This document shows positions 1 through 10,940 of a stretch of DNA of 64,000 nt, piece after piece. Every line of letters begins with the position of its first letter. Position 1 is the stretch's first letter. The DNA comes from a virus. Position numbers and translations under genes: made by a program. The notes beneath the pieces were generated by a model. That model was not told the DNA's origin and ran no database searches. It saw only the letters and a list, made by a program, of their open reading frames with translations. The stretch lies in the IMG/VR virus record IMGVR_UViG_3300044811_000050. The stretch is one strand, 5' to 3'.

Positions 1-58
1 GCCCGAGGGCTACGTCTGGGACCGCGACGGCCAGCGCTGGCTTCGAGAGGACTGAGCC

Positions 59-950
59 ATGCACGTCTTGCAGATCATCGGCCTGGTGCTGACCGGGGCG
101 GCCGTGCTCGCCGTGGTGGTGGCCTACTTCAGCGCTCGCTGGGTCATCCGCCGCAACGCCCGGCGGGCCCAGCAACGACGCCGTGACCATCCGTCTGTCT
201 GCCTCGTTGTCATCGACGAGGCCTCGCTTCTGTTCGGTGGTCATCCGCCCAGCCAGGACCAGACGGACGTGGCGCTGCGGTTCCTGCACGACCCCGACTC
301 CGTGGTGTGGCCCTGTGACCTCACGCAGGGCCCCGAGCTGGGGCCGTGGCCGAAGGATGAGGACGGGGGCAAGGCATGATCTGGCGATGCAGCTTCGCTG
401 ATGGGGTGTTCGCCGTCATCCTGCTCAGTCTCGTGCTGGTGGGCATGTACCGGTTCGGGCTTGCGCTCACCTTGCGGAGCCTCCGCAAGAACCGCGACTC
501 CGATAATCCATTCCTGCGGGCCACGGCGGTGAAGCGGGCGGCCGTGGCGCAGACCCAGAACACGCTGGATGTCCGGCTCGGCGCCGTCACCGTCGGCATC
601 TACCTGTTGATCCCCCTGCATGGCTGGGAGAACGTGATCCCGGCGATCGCGTCCCTGGCGATCTTCTGGGTGTTCTTCCGGATGGAAGTCCGCCGGCTGC
701 GCGAGATCGAGGCGGGGCAATGAAGTGGCTGGGGGAGCTGCGGGCTCTGCTGGTCCGGGGGTATCAGAACTGGGACGCGACCCACGTGGTCACCCGCTGC
801 CAACCCATCCGAGACGCCAGCCAGGTCGCCCGGGTGTGCGACTGCCCGTGCGAGTTCTGCCGGCAGGGGCACAAGCCGCTCCCGCTGTACGGAGTGGGCA
901 GTTGGCAGGCTGATCAGCGACGGGCGGCCGGCGAGGATTCCAGTCGGTGA
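59..950 (+). CDS. three small overlapping hypothetical genes (59-379, 376-723 membrane proteins; 720-950 Cys-containing)
   Basis: ATGA overlaps, SD sites, hydrophobic segments in the first two. Confidence 0.65.
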
Positions 951-1273
951 CCGCTGCGACCATCGCCTCCGTGCCGGCGCGTCGGGGGACCACCAACCGC
1001 AACGACCGAGGCAACACCATCGACCGGTTACGTCGCCGGGTGTGGCTCGTTGACACCTTCGGGGACGGCGAAGAGGTGAAGTGCCACTTCTGCCCGGAGA
1101 TCTTGACGGTGGACACGGTGACGGCGGATCGGATCATCCCTGGCTGCGATGGCGGCCGGTATGTGCGGGGCAACATTCGCCCCTCCTGCCTTCCCTGCGC
1201 ATCCAAGACAGGTGGCCAGCTGGGTGTCGAACGCAAGCGAGCGAGGAGGACCAATGGAAGAGCAGCCGGCTGA
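947..1273 (+). CDS. HNH-family endonuclease
   Basis: CHFC...DRIIPGCDGGRY..GNIRPSCLPC, HNH-type Zn-finger pattern typical of actinophages. Confidence 0.75.
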   Translation: MTAATIASVPARRGTTNRNDRGNTIDRLRRRVWLVDTFGDGEEVKCHFCPEILTVDTVTADRIIPGCDGGRYVRGNIRPSCLPCASKTGGQLGVERKRARRTNGRAAG

Positions 1274-2406
1274 GCCCGAGGCGTGGACCTACACCGGGAC
1301 CCGCCCGCACGAGGAGTGTCCGAAGCGCAAGCCGCACAAGCCGCACCTGTGGTCACCGACCCGGGGTCGGCACGTGGCGGAGGACGAAACGACCCCGGAC
1401 CTCCGCGCGTGCACCGGTCGCCACGGACCTCCCTACAACCCGCACGGGAGCATGATCGGATGAGCGGCCTCTACGAGGTCCCGGTCTCCGCGCTGGTGGA
1501 CCGGGAGATCGCGCTGCCCTTGCCGCCCGACCCACGCGGCACGGTGATCGAGCTGATCAACGCGGCGGGCGGCTGCGAGATGGCCTACTGGCCCACCCCG
1601 GAGGGGCTATGGCTGGCCAGCATGGGCCCGCCCACCCGGGTGCCCGAGTGGCTGGCGTTGCCCTGGAGTCAGCTGGTGGCGCAAGCCCTCGATCGGCGCC
1701 TGCGGCTGTTCGTCCGGCGGCAGGGGCCGAACTCATGAGCGGCCTCTACGAGAGCATGGCCAAGCCGATCTTCAAGCGGTGCGACGGCTCGGCGTGCCCC
1801 CGGCGGGTCTCCATCGGCCTGACCTACTGCTGCGCGTCGTGCCAGATGGCCAGCCAGCACCACTACGAGATCCACGACGACGGGCCGCTCGGGCACTCCG
1901 ACCTCTGCAACGCCCGGCACCTGGAACGGGGGCCGGCATGACCGTGCCGAAGGGAGCCTGATGGGTACCACGCGCGCCAAGGTGTCGTTTTGCGACGCTC
2001 CGGGCTGTGAGAAGGCCGAGGTCTGGCCGAACCATTCCGATCGAATCGAGATCCCGCTCGGCTACCACCTGAAGGTCACCGCGAACCTGGGCCTTGACTG
2101 GCCACAGACCTTCGCGGCCTACGCCTGCTCGATCGAGCACGTCAGCCCGGCGGTCAAGGAGGCGGAGCGTAAGGCCCGCGAGACCGAGCGCGAGGGCGAC
2201 GGGTGAAGCCGCCGCCGGGCGGCCCCAACAAGGCGTGGCTGGATGGCTGCACCCACGCCGAGCTGCGTGAGTACCGGGACTCGTTGCACCACGACCTGTC
2301 CCTCGCGCCGCTCTACGGGCAGGCCTGGCGGCTGCTGACCAGCCAGCTGGAGCAGGTGTACTCCGCGCTCTTCCGCAAGATCCACAGCCAGCCCGACCCC
2401 GACTGA
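1254..2406 (+). CDS. five small hypothetical genes (1254-1463, 1460-1738, 1735-1941, 1961-2206, 2203-2406)
   Basis: chain of overlapping start/stop codons with SD-like sites; several Cys/His-rich. Confidence 0.6.
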
Positions 2407-2419
2407 ACGGAGCGCGCCG

Positions 2420-3139
2420 ATGACCGCCACCCGCCTGAAGCTGACCCGCATCGCCGAGACCAAGCTGACCATGGACGGCGACGACTTCATGCCGTCGGTT
2501 CAGGGCTGGATGCGGGTGGATGACCAGGAGGCTGAAGACGCGGACCTGCTGGCCGAGTTCGCCGGCCGATCTTGCTACCAGTCGTTCGGCCGGCCCAACC
2601 CGGCCACCGCCGAAACTTGGACCTACCTGGCGCACATCCAGGAGGTCGAGCATTACTCGGTGCTCGCGCACGCCTCGGTGACCTACTACGTCGAAGGCGT
2701 GTCTCGCTCGCTGACTCACGAACTGATCAGGCATCGGTGGCCGGCGTTCAGCCAGCTGTCTCAGCGCTACGTGAAGCTGGTCGCCGACCTGGACTACGTG
2801 GTGCCGCCGCTGTTCCGGGGCAACGGGGTGGCCGAGGGCATGGTCGCCAAGGCCGCCCAGGACGCGCTGAACCACTACAACAACCTGCTCGGCGTGCTCG
2901 CCTCGGAGTTTCCCGACGCCACGTCCAAGCAGCTGCGCGAGGCCGCCCGGTGCGTGCTGCCCAATATGACCGAGACCCGCATCGTGGTGAGCTGCAACCT
3001 CAGGGGATGGCGGGACCTGCTGGCCCAGCGGCTGCCGAAGACGGCCGACGCGGAGATCCGGGAGCTGGCCGAGGCCCTGCTGGTCGACCTGAAGGACTAC
3101 GCGCCGAGCACCTTCCAGGACATCGAGGTGCTGACGTGA
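2420..3139 (+). CDS. thyX: FAD-dependent thymidylate synthase ThyX
   Basis: SRSLTHELIRHRWPAFSQLSQRY (RHRx7S motif), REAARCVLPN, A-DAEIRELA. Confidence 0.95.
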   Translation: MTATRLKLTRIAETKLTMDGDDFMPSVQGWMRVDDQEAEDADLLAEFAGRSCYQSFGRPNPATAETWTYLAHIQEVEHYSVLAHASVTYYVEGVSRSLTHELIRHRWPAFSQLSQRYVKLVADLDYVVPPLFRGNGVAEGMVAKAAQDALNHYNNLLGVLASEFPDATSKQLREAARCVLPNMTETRIVVSCNLRGWRDLLAQRLPKTADAEIRELAEALLVDLKDYAPSTFQDIEVLT

Positions 3140-3829
3140 TGCCCTGGGCGCGGCTCAAGCTGGACCAGGTGCTGATGCTGGTGACCGGCAGCATGCTGTT
3201 CTGTCTCGGTGTGCGGGCCACCGTCCAGGTCTGGCCCCTGTGGATGTTCTTCGTCCCGGCGCTCGGCGTCATCCTGGCGATGGACTGGGTGCATGCCTGG
3301 CTGATGCAGGAGCCCCGGCACTATGCCCGGATGAAGTTCGTGGGCGAGGTCAAGACGGTCTTCCTGCTGCTGCGCGCGAAGTACCGCGAATCCCGAGAGG
3401 AGTGATCATGGAAGGACCACAAGGCTGGGGCGACTCAGGCCCCACCGATCACAACCTGGCCGCGATGCACAGGGCGGCGGCCGGCCAGCCCCACCAGGAC
3501 CCGCGCACAGCGGCCGTGCGCGAGGTCGTGCTGGACGAGCTGAGGTCCCTGTACCGCAAGGTGCAGGCCGAGCAGGCCAAGGGCAATTACTCCCCGCAGA
3601 ATGGCTATCAGGCCCTCCTGGAGCACCTGGAGGGGCGCCTCCAGCGGTACCAGGACGTCGACTGGGCCTACTCCGGTGGCGGTGGCCTGTGATGGGCTAC
3701 CTGGCCGGCGGCGTGGTGGCCCTACTGGGCATCGTCTACGGCTGGTGCCGGCTGTCCCGACTGCGCCGAGACGTGGACCAGCGCTGGGCCGAGCTGGCCG
3801 GCGGTTTCCCCGGCGAGATGCAGCCGTGA
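3139..3829 (+). CDS. three small hypothetical genes (3139-3405 membrane, 3408-3692, 3689-3829 membrane)
   Basis: coupled starts/stops, hydrophobic stretches. Confidence 0.55.
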
Positions 3830-4356
3830 TCCGGCCGGGTCAGCTGCCCGCCTCCGAGGTTGAACGCAATGCTCTACTGGCGATGGGCTTGTCTCCCAGC
3901 CCGACGCTGCTGGCGGTGTTCCGCGCTGGCTACCAGAGTGGGGTCAACGCCCAGAAGCCGCAGCGGGAGCCGGCGCGGGTCAAGTCCGAGGCCGAGCTGG
4001 GTATCGAGCGCCTCTGGCGTGACGCCCGGGGCGAGGCCGGACATCCGATCCGGGGGCCCCGGCTGCCGATGCCCGGCACCCGGCAGGTGTTGGTGGTGCT
4101 GCGCCGGCAGGGCTCCGCGATCGGCACCGAGGTGGCTCGCCGAGCCGGGCTGAGCCAGTCCAACGTGACCGCCCTCTACCTGCCCCGGCTGCGGTTGTAC
4201 GGTTTCGTCTCGTGCCAGGACCGGCCAGACCTGGGCTCCCCCTACGGCGGCATCATGGCCCAGGAATGGGCGCTGACCGCAGCCGGCGCGGACCTGGCTG
4301 AACTGTGTGAACAACTCGACGAGCAACCGACTGAGCAGCTGGAAGACACCGGCTGA
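3826..4356 (+). CDS. winged-helix DNA-binding domain protein
   Basis: GTEVARRAGLSQSNVTALYLPRLRLYGFV...WALTAAG resembles wHTH; GTGA-coupled start at 3826. Confidence 0.55.
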   Translation: MIRPGQLPASEVERNALLAMGLSPSPTLLAVFRAGYQSGVNAQKPQREPARVKSEAELGIERLWRDARGEAGHPIRGPRLPMPGTRQVLVVLRRQGSAIGTEVARRAGLSQSNVTALYLPRLRLYGFVSCQDRPDLGSPYGGIMAQEWALTAAGADLAELCEQLDEQPTEQLEDTG

Positions 4357-4380
4357 GCCTCGCTCCCCGATTCGAGAGGC

Positions 4381-4776
4381 ATGATCATGGCCGACACACC
4401 CGATTACGAGCACGGCCAGCCCGCCCCGGTGGCGGTCGCCAACGCGGACAGCAGCCACGACCTGGCGGTGGAGGACATGCACGCGCTCTATCGCGGCGGG
4501 CAGGCCACCTCGGCGATCGCGCTGCTGATCGACCGCAAGCGCTACGGCCAGGAGAAATACGGCGTGGTGCTGCACGCCGACAACGGCCGTGACCACGCCC
4601 GGGACGCCCTGGAGGAGGCCGCCGACCTGGTGGTCTACCTGCGCACCTGGCTGACCCAGCACCGCGCCGAGAAGGGCAGCGCGCCCGACGAGTACCGCAT
4701 CGAGCGGCTCTACCAGGAGTCGATGCGGACGCTGATCATCCTGGCCGACTACCAGCACACCGGGCGGCTCTGGTAG
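4381..4776 (+). CDS. all-alpha NTP-pyrophosphatase (MazG-like) / nucleotide-modification-associated protein
   Basis: GQEKYG...DALEEAADLVVYL (EExxD-type helix), common in phages. Confidence 0.45.
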   Translation: MIMADTPDYEHGQPAPVAVANADSSHDLAVEDMHALYRGGQATSAIALLIDRKRYGQEKYGVVLHADNGRDHARDALEEAADLVVYLRTWLTQHRAEKGSAPDEYRIERLYQESMRTLIILADYQHTGRLW

Positions 4777-4789
4777 CCAGGGCAGGCGC

Positions 4790-4890
4790 CCCGGCGGGAG
4801 GGAGTTGAACCCTCACTTGCCGGACACCGGGGCACCCTAGGCGCTCGTGCACGAGTGCCCTGAACCCCCGCGTACGCCGGAGGCCGCCGG
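4790..4890 (-). ncRNA. degenerate tRNA-like element
   Basis: minus strand: 7-bp CCGGCGG/CCGCCGG acceptor-like stem adjoining T-arm GAGGG-TTCAACT-CCCTC; TATGAT -10 at 4921-4916; intergenic. Confidence 0.4.
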
Positions 4891-4936
4891 CTGGCTTGCG
4901 GGCCAACCGTCGGTCATCATAGATCAATCCAGATTG

Positions 4937-4980
4937 CCCTGACGGAAACCCTTGGTGGTGTCAGGGTGGCCGTGTAGATT
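4937..4980 (+). promoter_or_regulatory. early promoter with overlapping inverted-repeat operator, copy 1
   Basis: TTGGTG-17-TAGATT; CTGAC-N16-GTCAG brackets the -35. Confidence 0.75.
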
Positions 4981-5000
4981 GAGCCCTGTCAGCAAAACCC

Positions 5001-5016
5001 GATCGCACCGGAGATC
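5001..5016 (+). promoter_or_regulatory. SD-overlapping hairpin motif (GATC-GCACCGGA-GATC)
   Basis: one of six covarying copies just before start codons. Confidence 0.6.
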
Positions 5017-5019
5017 GAA

Positions 5020-6162
5020 ATGCCATTCACCTGTCGGGCCCGAGGCACCGAGCCCCACACCCACGAGGACGCCGAAGTCGGCCGTCAGCACTACCTGGCC
5101 GACACCTGGACCTGCGGTTGGCTGTACCAGGTCCGTGACCGCTACGGCGTCGAACGGGACGAGGACGGCCAGGAGGTCATCCTGGAGTGCTCGGGCCTGG
5201 CCTGGGAGCTGCCGAACGGGCGGGGTCACACCTGCGAGAACGGCCACGAGCACATCAACATCGAGACTCGCGTCGCGGAGCGCTGGGACTACGCCGCCGA
5301 TGCGGGCGAGGCCCGACTGCTGGCCGCTGCTGGCACCGAGCCCCGCGACATGGAGCTGGGTCGGGTGTGGGTCTGATGAGTGCCGACACCATCGTGCTCG
5401 CACTCCTACTCGGGGCGGCCCTCGGCTACCCCGTCGGTGTTCTCGTGACTCTGATCTTCGCTAGCCGGTGGCTGCGGTGGATGGAGAGGCGGGACTGGGC
5501 ACGCCGTCGGTAACGCCCAGCTAAAGACCCGGCCCGCCCGGAGCCGCCAATCCGGGCATCCAGGCGCCGTCACAGAAGGCGGCGCCCCCACCGAAAGGAG
5601 CCACCATGGCTCAGCTCAGCCCGAACGGGAAGGCCTTCACGGCCCAGATGGAGGTCTGGCGCAACCGCCGGGGCGAATGGCACGTGGTCGGCGCCGACCC
5701 GGCGTTCCGGGGCACGGACGGCCTGAACCTGCGAGTCCCCAAGGGCAGCAAGTCGGAGGCCACCGTGATCAAGGTCATCACCGACCTGGGCGGCTCGGTC
5801 CCCGACGTGGAGAACGCGCGCAAGCGCCTGTCCGAGCTGTCCGACGAGGAGGTCCTGCGCGTGGCCCGGCACCTGGACCAGGGCGTCAAGGTGAACATCT
5901 TCCGGGACGGCGCCGAGTGAGCACCAACCGCTCGGAGTCGCCCTTCACGGGCATGGACATGGGGGTCGTGCTGCACGAGCTGTCCAAGGCCAAGTTGCAG
6001 CTGCGGACCGCGACCGAGAAGCTCGCCGACGTCCCGATGACGCCGGAGCGCGCCGAGGCCGTGCGGAAGTACATCAAAGTGATCTTGGAGCGCACGCTCG
6101 GCATCATGCTCGTCATCGACCCCATGATCGACGATGAGCTGCAAGGCATGGCGAACGGCTGA
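5020..6162 (+). CDS. four small early genes (5020-5376, 5376-5513, 5606-5920, 5917-6162)
   Basis: SD sites, coupled starts, GC3-biased codons. Confidence 0.65.
5530..5557 (+). repeat. intergenic hairpin repeat CGGCCSGCCCGGA-GCCGYNA(A)-TCCGGGC, copy 1
   Basis: near-identical copies at 6174-6200 and 6835-6861. Confidence 0.75.
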
Positions 6163-6173
6163 TCCACCGCACA

Positions 6174-6200
6174 CGGCCGGCCCGGAGCCGTAATCCGGGC
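6174..6200 (+). repeat. intergenic hairpin repeat, copy 2
   Basis: cggccggcccggagccgtaatccgggc. Confidence 0.75.
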
Positions 6201-6203
6201 GCA

Positions 6204-6304
6204 GGGCCCGCAGCATGTGGTGAATGCGCCGAAGGTGGGGACCAACGACCGTGAGCGGTCGCCCCTAGCTGTAGGAGAACCCGGTTCGAATCCGGGCGGG
6301 TCCA
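6204..6304 (+). ncRNA. tRNA-like RNA with Ala identity (G3-U70, A73) and elongated anticodon arm
   Basis: acceptor GGGCCCG/CGGGTCC+A, D-arm GCAT-GTGGTGA-ATGC, T-arm CCCGG-TTCGAAT-CCGGG; ~47-nt hairpin replaces the anticodon arm. Confidence 0.7.
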
Positions 6305-6351
6305 CGCAAGATCAATTCCACATCACCGAGTCCGAACTGGAGGACCTTCAT

Positions 6352-6828
6352 ATGAGCACCACCGACTTCGTCCCGCCGCCCTTCCCGACCCCCGAGCCGC
6401 CCTCGGCCCCCGAGCCGAAGAGCAAGCGCCTGCGCTGGGCGCTGCTGGCCGGCCTGGGCGTGGCCCTCATCGGCCTGCTCGGCTGGAGCCTGACGCCGTC
6501 CACGTTCGACATGGAGGGCACCTACACCCTGGCCCAGATGGCCGCCGTGCGCACCGGCTACGCGTCCGACAACTGCACCGGCAACTTCTGGCACCCGTCG
6601 GTCGAAGCCGGCGCGGCGGTCACCGTCAAGGACGCGGACGGCAAGGTGATCGCCACCTCCGTGCTGCGCGACGGCGTGGTCACCGGCGCCCTGACTTGCG
6701 AGTTCGGGTTCACCGTCCCTGGCGTGCCCGCCGACTCGAAGTTCTACTCGATCGAGATCGCGCACACCGGCGAGGTGATCTACCCCGAGGACAAGGCCAA
6801 GACCCCGGCCCTGAGCCTGGGTTTCTGA
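6352..6828 (+). CDS. membrane-anchored protein with Pro-rich N-terminus
   Basis: GGAGG SD before ATG 6352; one TM helix followed by a beta-rich domain with two Cys. Confidence 0.75.
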   Translation: MSTTDFVPPPFPTPEPPSAPEPKSKRLRWALLAGLGVALIGLLGWSLTPSTFDMEGTYTLAQMAAVRTGYASDNCTGNFWHPSVEAGAAVTVKDADGKVIATSVLRDGVVTGALTCEFGFTVPGVPADSKFYSIEIAHTGEVIYPEDKAKTPALSLGF

Positions 6829-6834
6829 GCACGA

Positions 6835-6861
6835 CGGCCCGCCCGGAGCCGTGATCCGGGC
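6835..6861 (+). repeat. intergenic hairpin repeat, copy 3
   Basis: cggcccgcccggagccgtgatccgggc. Confidence 0.75.
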
Positions 6862-6894
6862 ACACCATCAACCATCTGACCGGAAGGAACCAAC

Positions 6895-8006
6895 ATGGCT
6901 TGCCGGAGGCACCGCTGCTGCTCGTGCTGGACGGGCGGGGAACTGCTGGTCATGGTGCTGATTTTCTTCGTGGGCGGGCCCGCGTTGGTGCTCGGGATCA
7001 AGTTCTTCAGCTGGCTCGGCTGGAGTCCGCCGGTCGCGGGCGGGGTGGTGTTCCTGGTGGGCGCGTTCGTCGCGTGGGCGTGGCACGGGTTCCCGTTGCC
7101 GTCGTTGCGCGAGTGGCTTGACGAGGAGGACTGATCACATGAAGGTCATCAAGATCAACGGGCTCCAGCTCGCCCAGCTACTCCAGGAGCTGGAGATGGT
7201 CGAGCACCGCAGCGATGGCATCCACACTCTGCGGGTGGCGTTCGACGAGGGCGGCGTCAAGTTCAAGCTCAACGAGACCGTGTGGTCCCTGCCGCTGGGT
7301 CAGGAGGAGCGATGAGCCGACCACAGCGAGCCGGCTCGTTGATCGCCCTCGGTGCGGCGGCGACCGGCGGTTTCTTCTACGCGTGGAGCACCGACGTCCA
7401 TCCGCTCGTCACCATCGCGCTGTTGGCGCTCGCGCTCCAGACGATCTTCAAGGGCCTGGCCGTGCTGAACGCGCGCCCGGCCCGGCGGGAGGTCCCCACG
7501 CTGGCTCCCGACGAGGTCTGGGTGATCCTCATCGAGACTGGTAACCCCGAGTTAGCTGAGGGTTACCTGCGTGGTAAGCGGCGCCAATGGCAGCGTGAGG
7601 GGGACACCGAACCGGAGGGCACCCGATGAGACTTCAATCCACCACCCCCACTTCCATCACCACCGACGAGGCCCAATGGATAACCATCAGCGTGGTCATC
7701 GTGCTGTTGGTGGCCATGCTGATCGTTTCGGTCCTGGGGCTCCGGGAGATAGAGGCCGTCAGCGGGGGCCGGCACCTCAACTGGCGGGAACGGAGGCTGC
7801 GCAACGCGATACTGCGCACCAAGCTGATCAACCTGTGGGATGACCCGGAGCACTATCACTCGCAGGCCGCGAGCGAGGTACGAACGGTCTGGCCTGAGCT
7901 GGCCGCCGCGTTGGACGCCCTGGTCCGCACGGCGCACAAGGGGGACCTGGACCCCCGGACGCTGGACGAGCTTTCCGACGAGACCCGCCAGCCCCCAAGT
8001 AACTGA
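6895..8006 (+). CDS. four small genes, mostly membrane proteins (6895-7134, 7139-7315, 7312-7629, 7626-8006)
   Basis: SD sites, ATGA overlaps, TM segments. Confidence 0.65.
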
Positions 8007-8044
8007 CGAAACCCCTTGATGGTGCCAGGCTCATGGCGTAATGT
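8003..8044 (+). promoter_or_regulatory. early promoter/operator, copy 2
   Basis: CTGACGAAACCCC-TTGATG-17-TAATGT; CTGAC-N16-GCCAG. Confidence 0.75.
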
Positions 8045-8083
8045 GAGTCCTGCCAGACCAACCTGTCCGAACCGGAGGACACC

Positions 8084-10892
8084 ATGAACGCCCCCCAGCC
8101 CGCCCACCTCACCTACTTCACCGCGACGCTCGACCAGCCCACCAAGCTGGCCAGCCAGTACCGGGCCAACGAGCGCGCGATCCGCCAGCTGCGCCGCAAC
8201 CTCGCGCATGCCCGCAACGCATCCACCGAGAAGGCTCTTCAGCGCCGCCTGGACGACCGCTACAAGGCCGAGGGCTCGGTGCTGGTCTTCGGCACCGAGA
8301 TGGGCAAGTACCTGGTCGGCGCCCTGGTGCAGGAGCGCAACCTGCTGGATCGCCTGGCCGTGGACCCGGACCGTCCCGAGCTGCGCTCCAGCTTGCACCA
8401 CGCCCGCGACCGCATCCGCATCTCGACCGTGGGGCGGTGACCCGGTGACCAAGGTCCGCTACGTCGACCTGGCCGGCAAGGAGGCCGTGGGCATCTTCTG
8501 GTGCCCCGGTCCCGGGCCGCGCACCCTCTGGGTGTTGCCCCGTGCCGGCGCCCGCTCGATCGACGCGGTGGTGGTGGCGTTGCCCAGCATGTTGGAGCCC
8601 CGCTACCGCCAGCGCCGCTACTACCCGACCAGCCCCGTGTGGTTCGATCAGCAGTACCACGCCGATCCCATCGCCGGGGAGTACTGGACGCCCGTGGTGA
8701 GCCGCCACCAGGCCCAGATCCGCGCCCAGGAGGCCCGACACGCCGTGGCGCTGTCCGCTAAGGACCTGGCCACTCTGGCCGACCAGGAAGGCGCTGAGCG
8801 GGCCGCGCGGCTGTCCTGGGGCGAGCGCTACACCCAGCAGCCCTACCGCACCCCGGACGGGCCGGTCTGGCTGCACCGCAAGGGCCAGCGCTGCCGCTGG
8901 CTCGATGCCAACGGCTACACCGTGGCCGAGTGCTGGAACGTCGCCCCGGCTATTGCCTACGCGCACGCGCAGGACTGGCGCAACGAACTATCTGATCAAC
9001 TGGGCGTCTCGCCCCGAGAGGAGCTGGCCAATCATGGCTGAGCAACGTGGCTGGTGGCGGTTGGATATCACCGGCGCCCGAGAACTGTCCGAGGCCGACC
9101 GCGAGCACATCGGTGAGCTGATCGCCGACGGGTTCACCGAGGGCGAGATCGTGGCGGACGAGCCGCAGGAGGGCGAGCCCAAGCTCCGCAAGGTGCACGT
9201 CCCCGGGCCGGACGTCTGCACGTTGCCGCCCCCGGTGCGGACACACAACTTTCAACACGCCACCTGCGCGCTGGAGAGCTGTGGCCATCAGTACATCTTG
9301 ATCAGCAACCCCCCGGACGCAGGTGGCACGTACTGGACGAGCCGGGTCGAGTGGGAACAGATGATTGCCCGGACGAGTCGGCCCCACAAGGAGCCGTCCT
9401 ACGAGCGGCAGCGATACATCCCGAAGGAATGGCGATGAGCAGCCTGCTGCAAGACGAGACCTGGACCACGCGCGCCGGCGCAAAGATCAAATTGGAGGAG
9501 ATGACCGAGGACCACCGCCGGCACGTGCTGGCTTACGTGCGTCGTCGCGCGGGTGCGCTCAAGAGCAACTACGACGCCGCGCTGCTGCGTTCGGTGCTCA
9601 CGCCCAAGCTGGTCCCCGATGTGATCGCCAACTACAACGACATGGACATCGAGGTCATGCGGGCACCCGTGGTCCATGACGACGTCGAGTGGATGATCGA
9701 TCAGCAGCTCAACACGCCGGCCGCCGAGTGGGTCGAGACCACCCCGCTGGTGCGTCGGCTGCGGGTGCTGGTCGGGGAGAAGGCCTGACCGTGCCCGAGT
9801 TCAACGCCGCCTCCGTTCAGCGCCGACTGGACCGCGAGCAAGTCACCCCCACCTGCCCCCGCTGCAAGGGCCCGGCCCAGGTGATCGACACCTGGTTGCC
9901 GACCGCCGCGTTCCGGCTCGGGCCTCAGACCTCGGCGATGCGTCGTCCGGCCGTTCTGGTCGAGTGTGTGGACCAGGAGGACTGCCGGTGGGCCAACGAG
10001 GTGCTCGACCTGTTGGACCTCGCCAGGCACGGCCGTAAGACCGCGTTCATGCCAGCACCAGACCTCACGACGCAGGTAGCGACCGTGCGGGAGTTCGGCC
10101 AAGAGAGGGGTTTAGATCATGCCTGAGACCACCAAGCTGTCTCCCACCCAACACGACGCGATCATGAAGTCGCCGGTCAACCGCGACGGCCAAGTGATCA
10201 CCACCGATCGCACCCTCGGGGTGCTGGTACGCGAAGGCCTGGTGACTCAGCCGCGCTACAGCTACAGCAACTTGTTCCGCTCGCGTCGGGCCACCGGCGT
10301 GCTTACCCCTGCCGGGCAGCGGTACCTCGCCAGCCACACCGAAGGGAAGGATCTCGATGCCTGAGATCACCGAGCGGATCACCTTCCGCCCCGGCCACAA
10401 GACGAAGACCATGCACATCGAAGTTGAGGGCTGCATCGTCAACATCACCGTGGGATTGCGGGACACCTACGGCCGCCGGGTTACTCGGGTGGACGTCAGC
10501 CCTGACGACGAGTCTCGGGGCGGCGACGGTATGGGCAACATCTGGCGCCAGGAGCCCGGCGACGCCCGGATCATCTGCGTCAGCGACGCGCGGAAGGACG
10601 ACGAGGGATGATCCTGACCCAGGGCATCGCCGCGATCGAAGGCATCCCGTGGAAGACCATCGTGGTGGTCTTGACGCTGACCGCCATGGCCCTGGCGATC
10701 GTCGACACGGTGATCCGTGCCTGCCAGGCCCGCGACCGGAACAAATGGCTGGAGCTGTCCTTCGGCCTGACCAAGGACATGCACGACATGCAGGGCGGGA
10801 TCCGCGAGGCGGTGGACTCGCTCAACGAGGCGGTCCTGAGCAGCGTCCAGTTCAACAACTACCCGAACAGGCGAACTGAAGGCGCCAGCTAG
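8084..10892 (+). CDS. eight early hypothetical genes (8084-8440, 8445-9041, 9034-9438, 9435-9788, 9791-10126, 10119-10364, 10357-10611, 10608-10892)
   Basis: tightly packed, SD-led, translationally coupled ORFs. Confidence 0.65.
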
Positions 10893-10940
10893 CGGGAGGC
10901 CTGGTCCGTTTGAAGCGGTCGGCTCCGTGGTAGCCAAGCT

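Noticed and set aside
59-379. ATPase call from VVIDEAS (Walker B-like)
   Set aside because: The protein is only 106 aa and lacks Walker A.
6204-6304. Canonical tRNA or tmRNA call
   Set aside because: No 7-nt anticodon loop, and far too short for tmRNA with no tag reading frame; kept as a tRNA-like RNA.
6217-6351. N-terminal extension of the 6217-6828 ORF
   Set aside because: Overlaps the tRNA-like structure; a GGAGG SD supports ATG 6352.
5530-6861. CRISPR array from the 27-28 bp hairpin repeats
   Set aside because: Copies are ~650 bp apart and separated by genes; no cas genes present.
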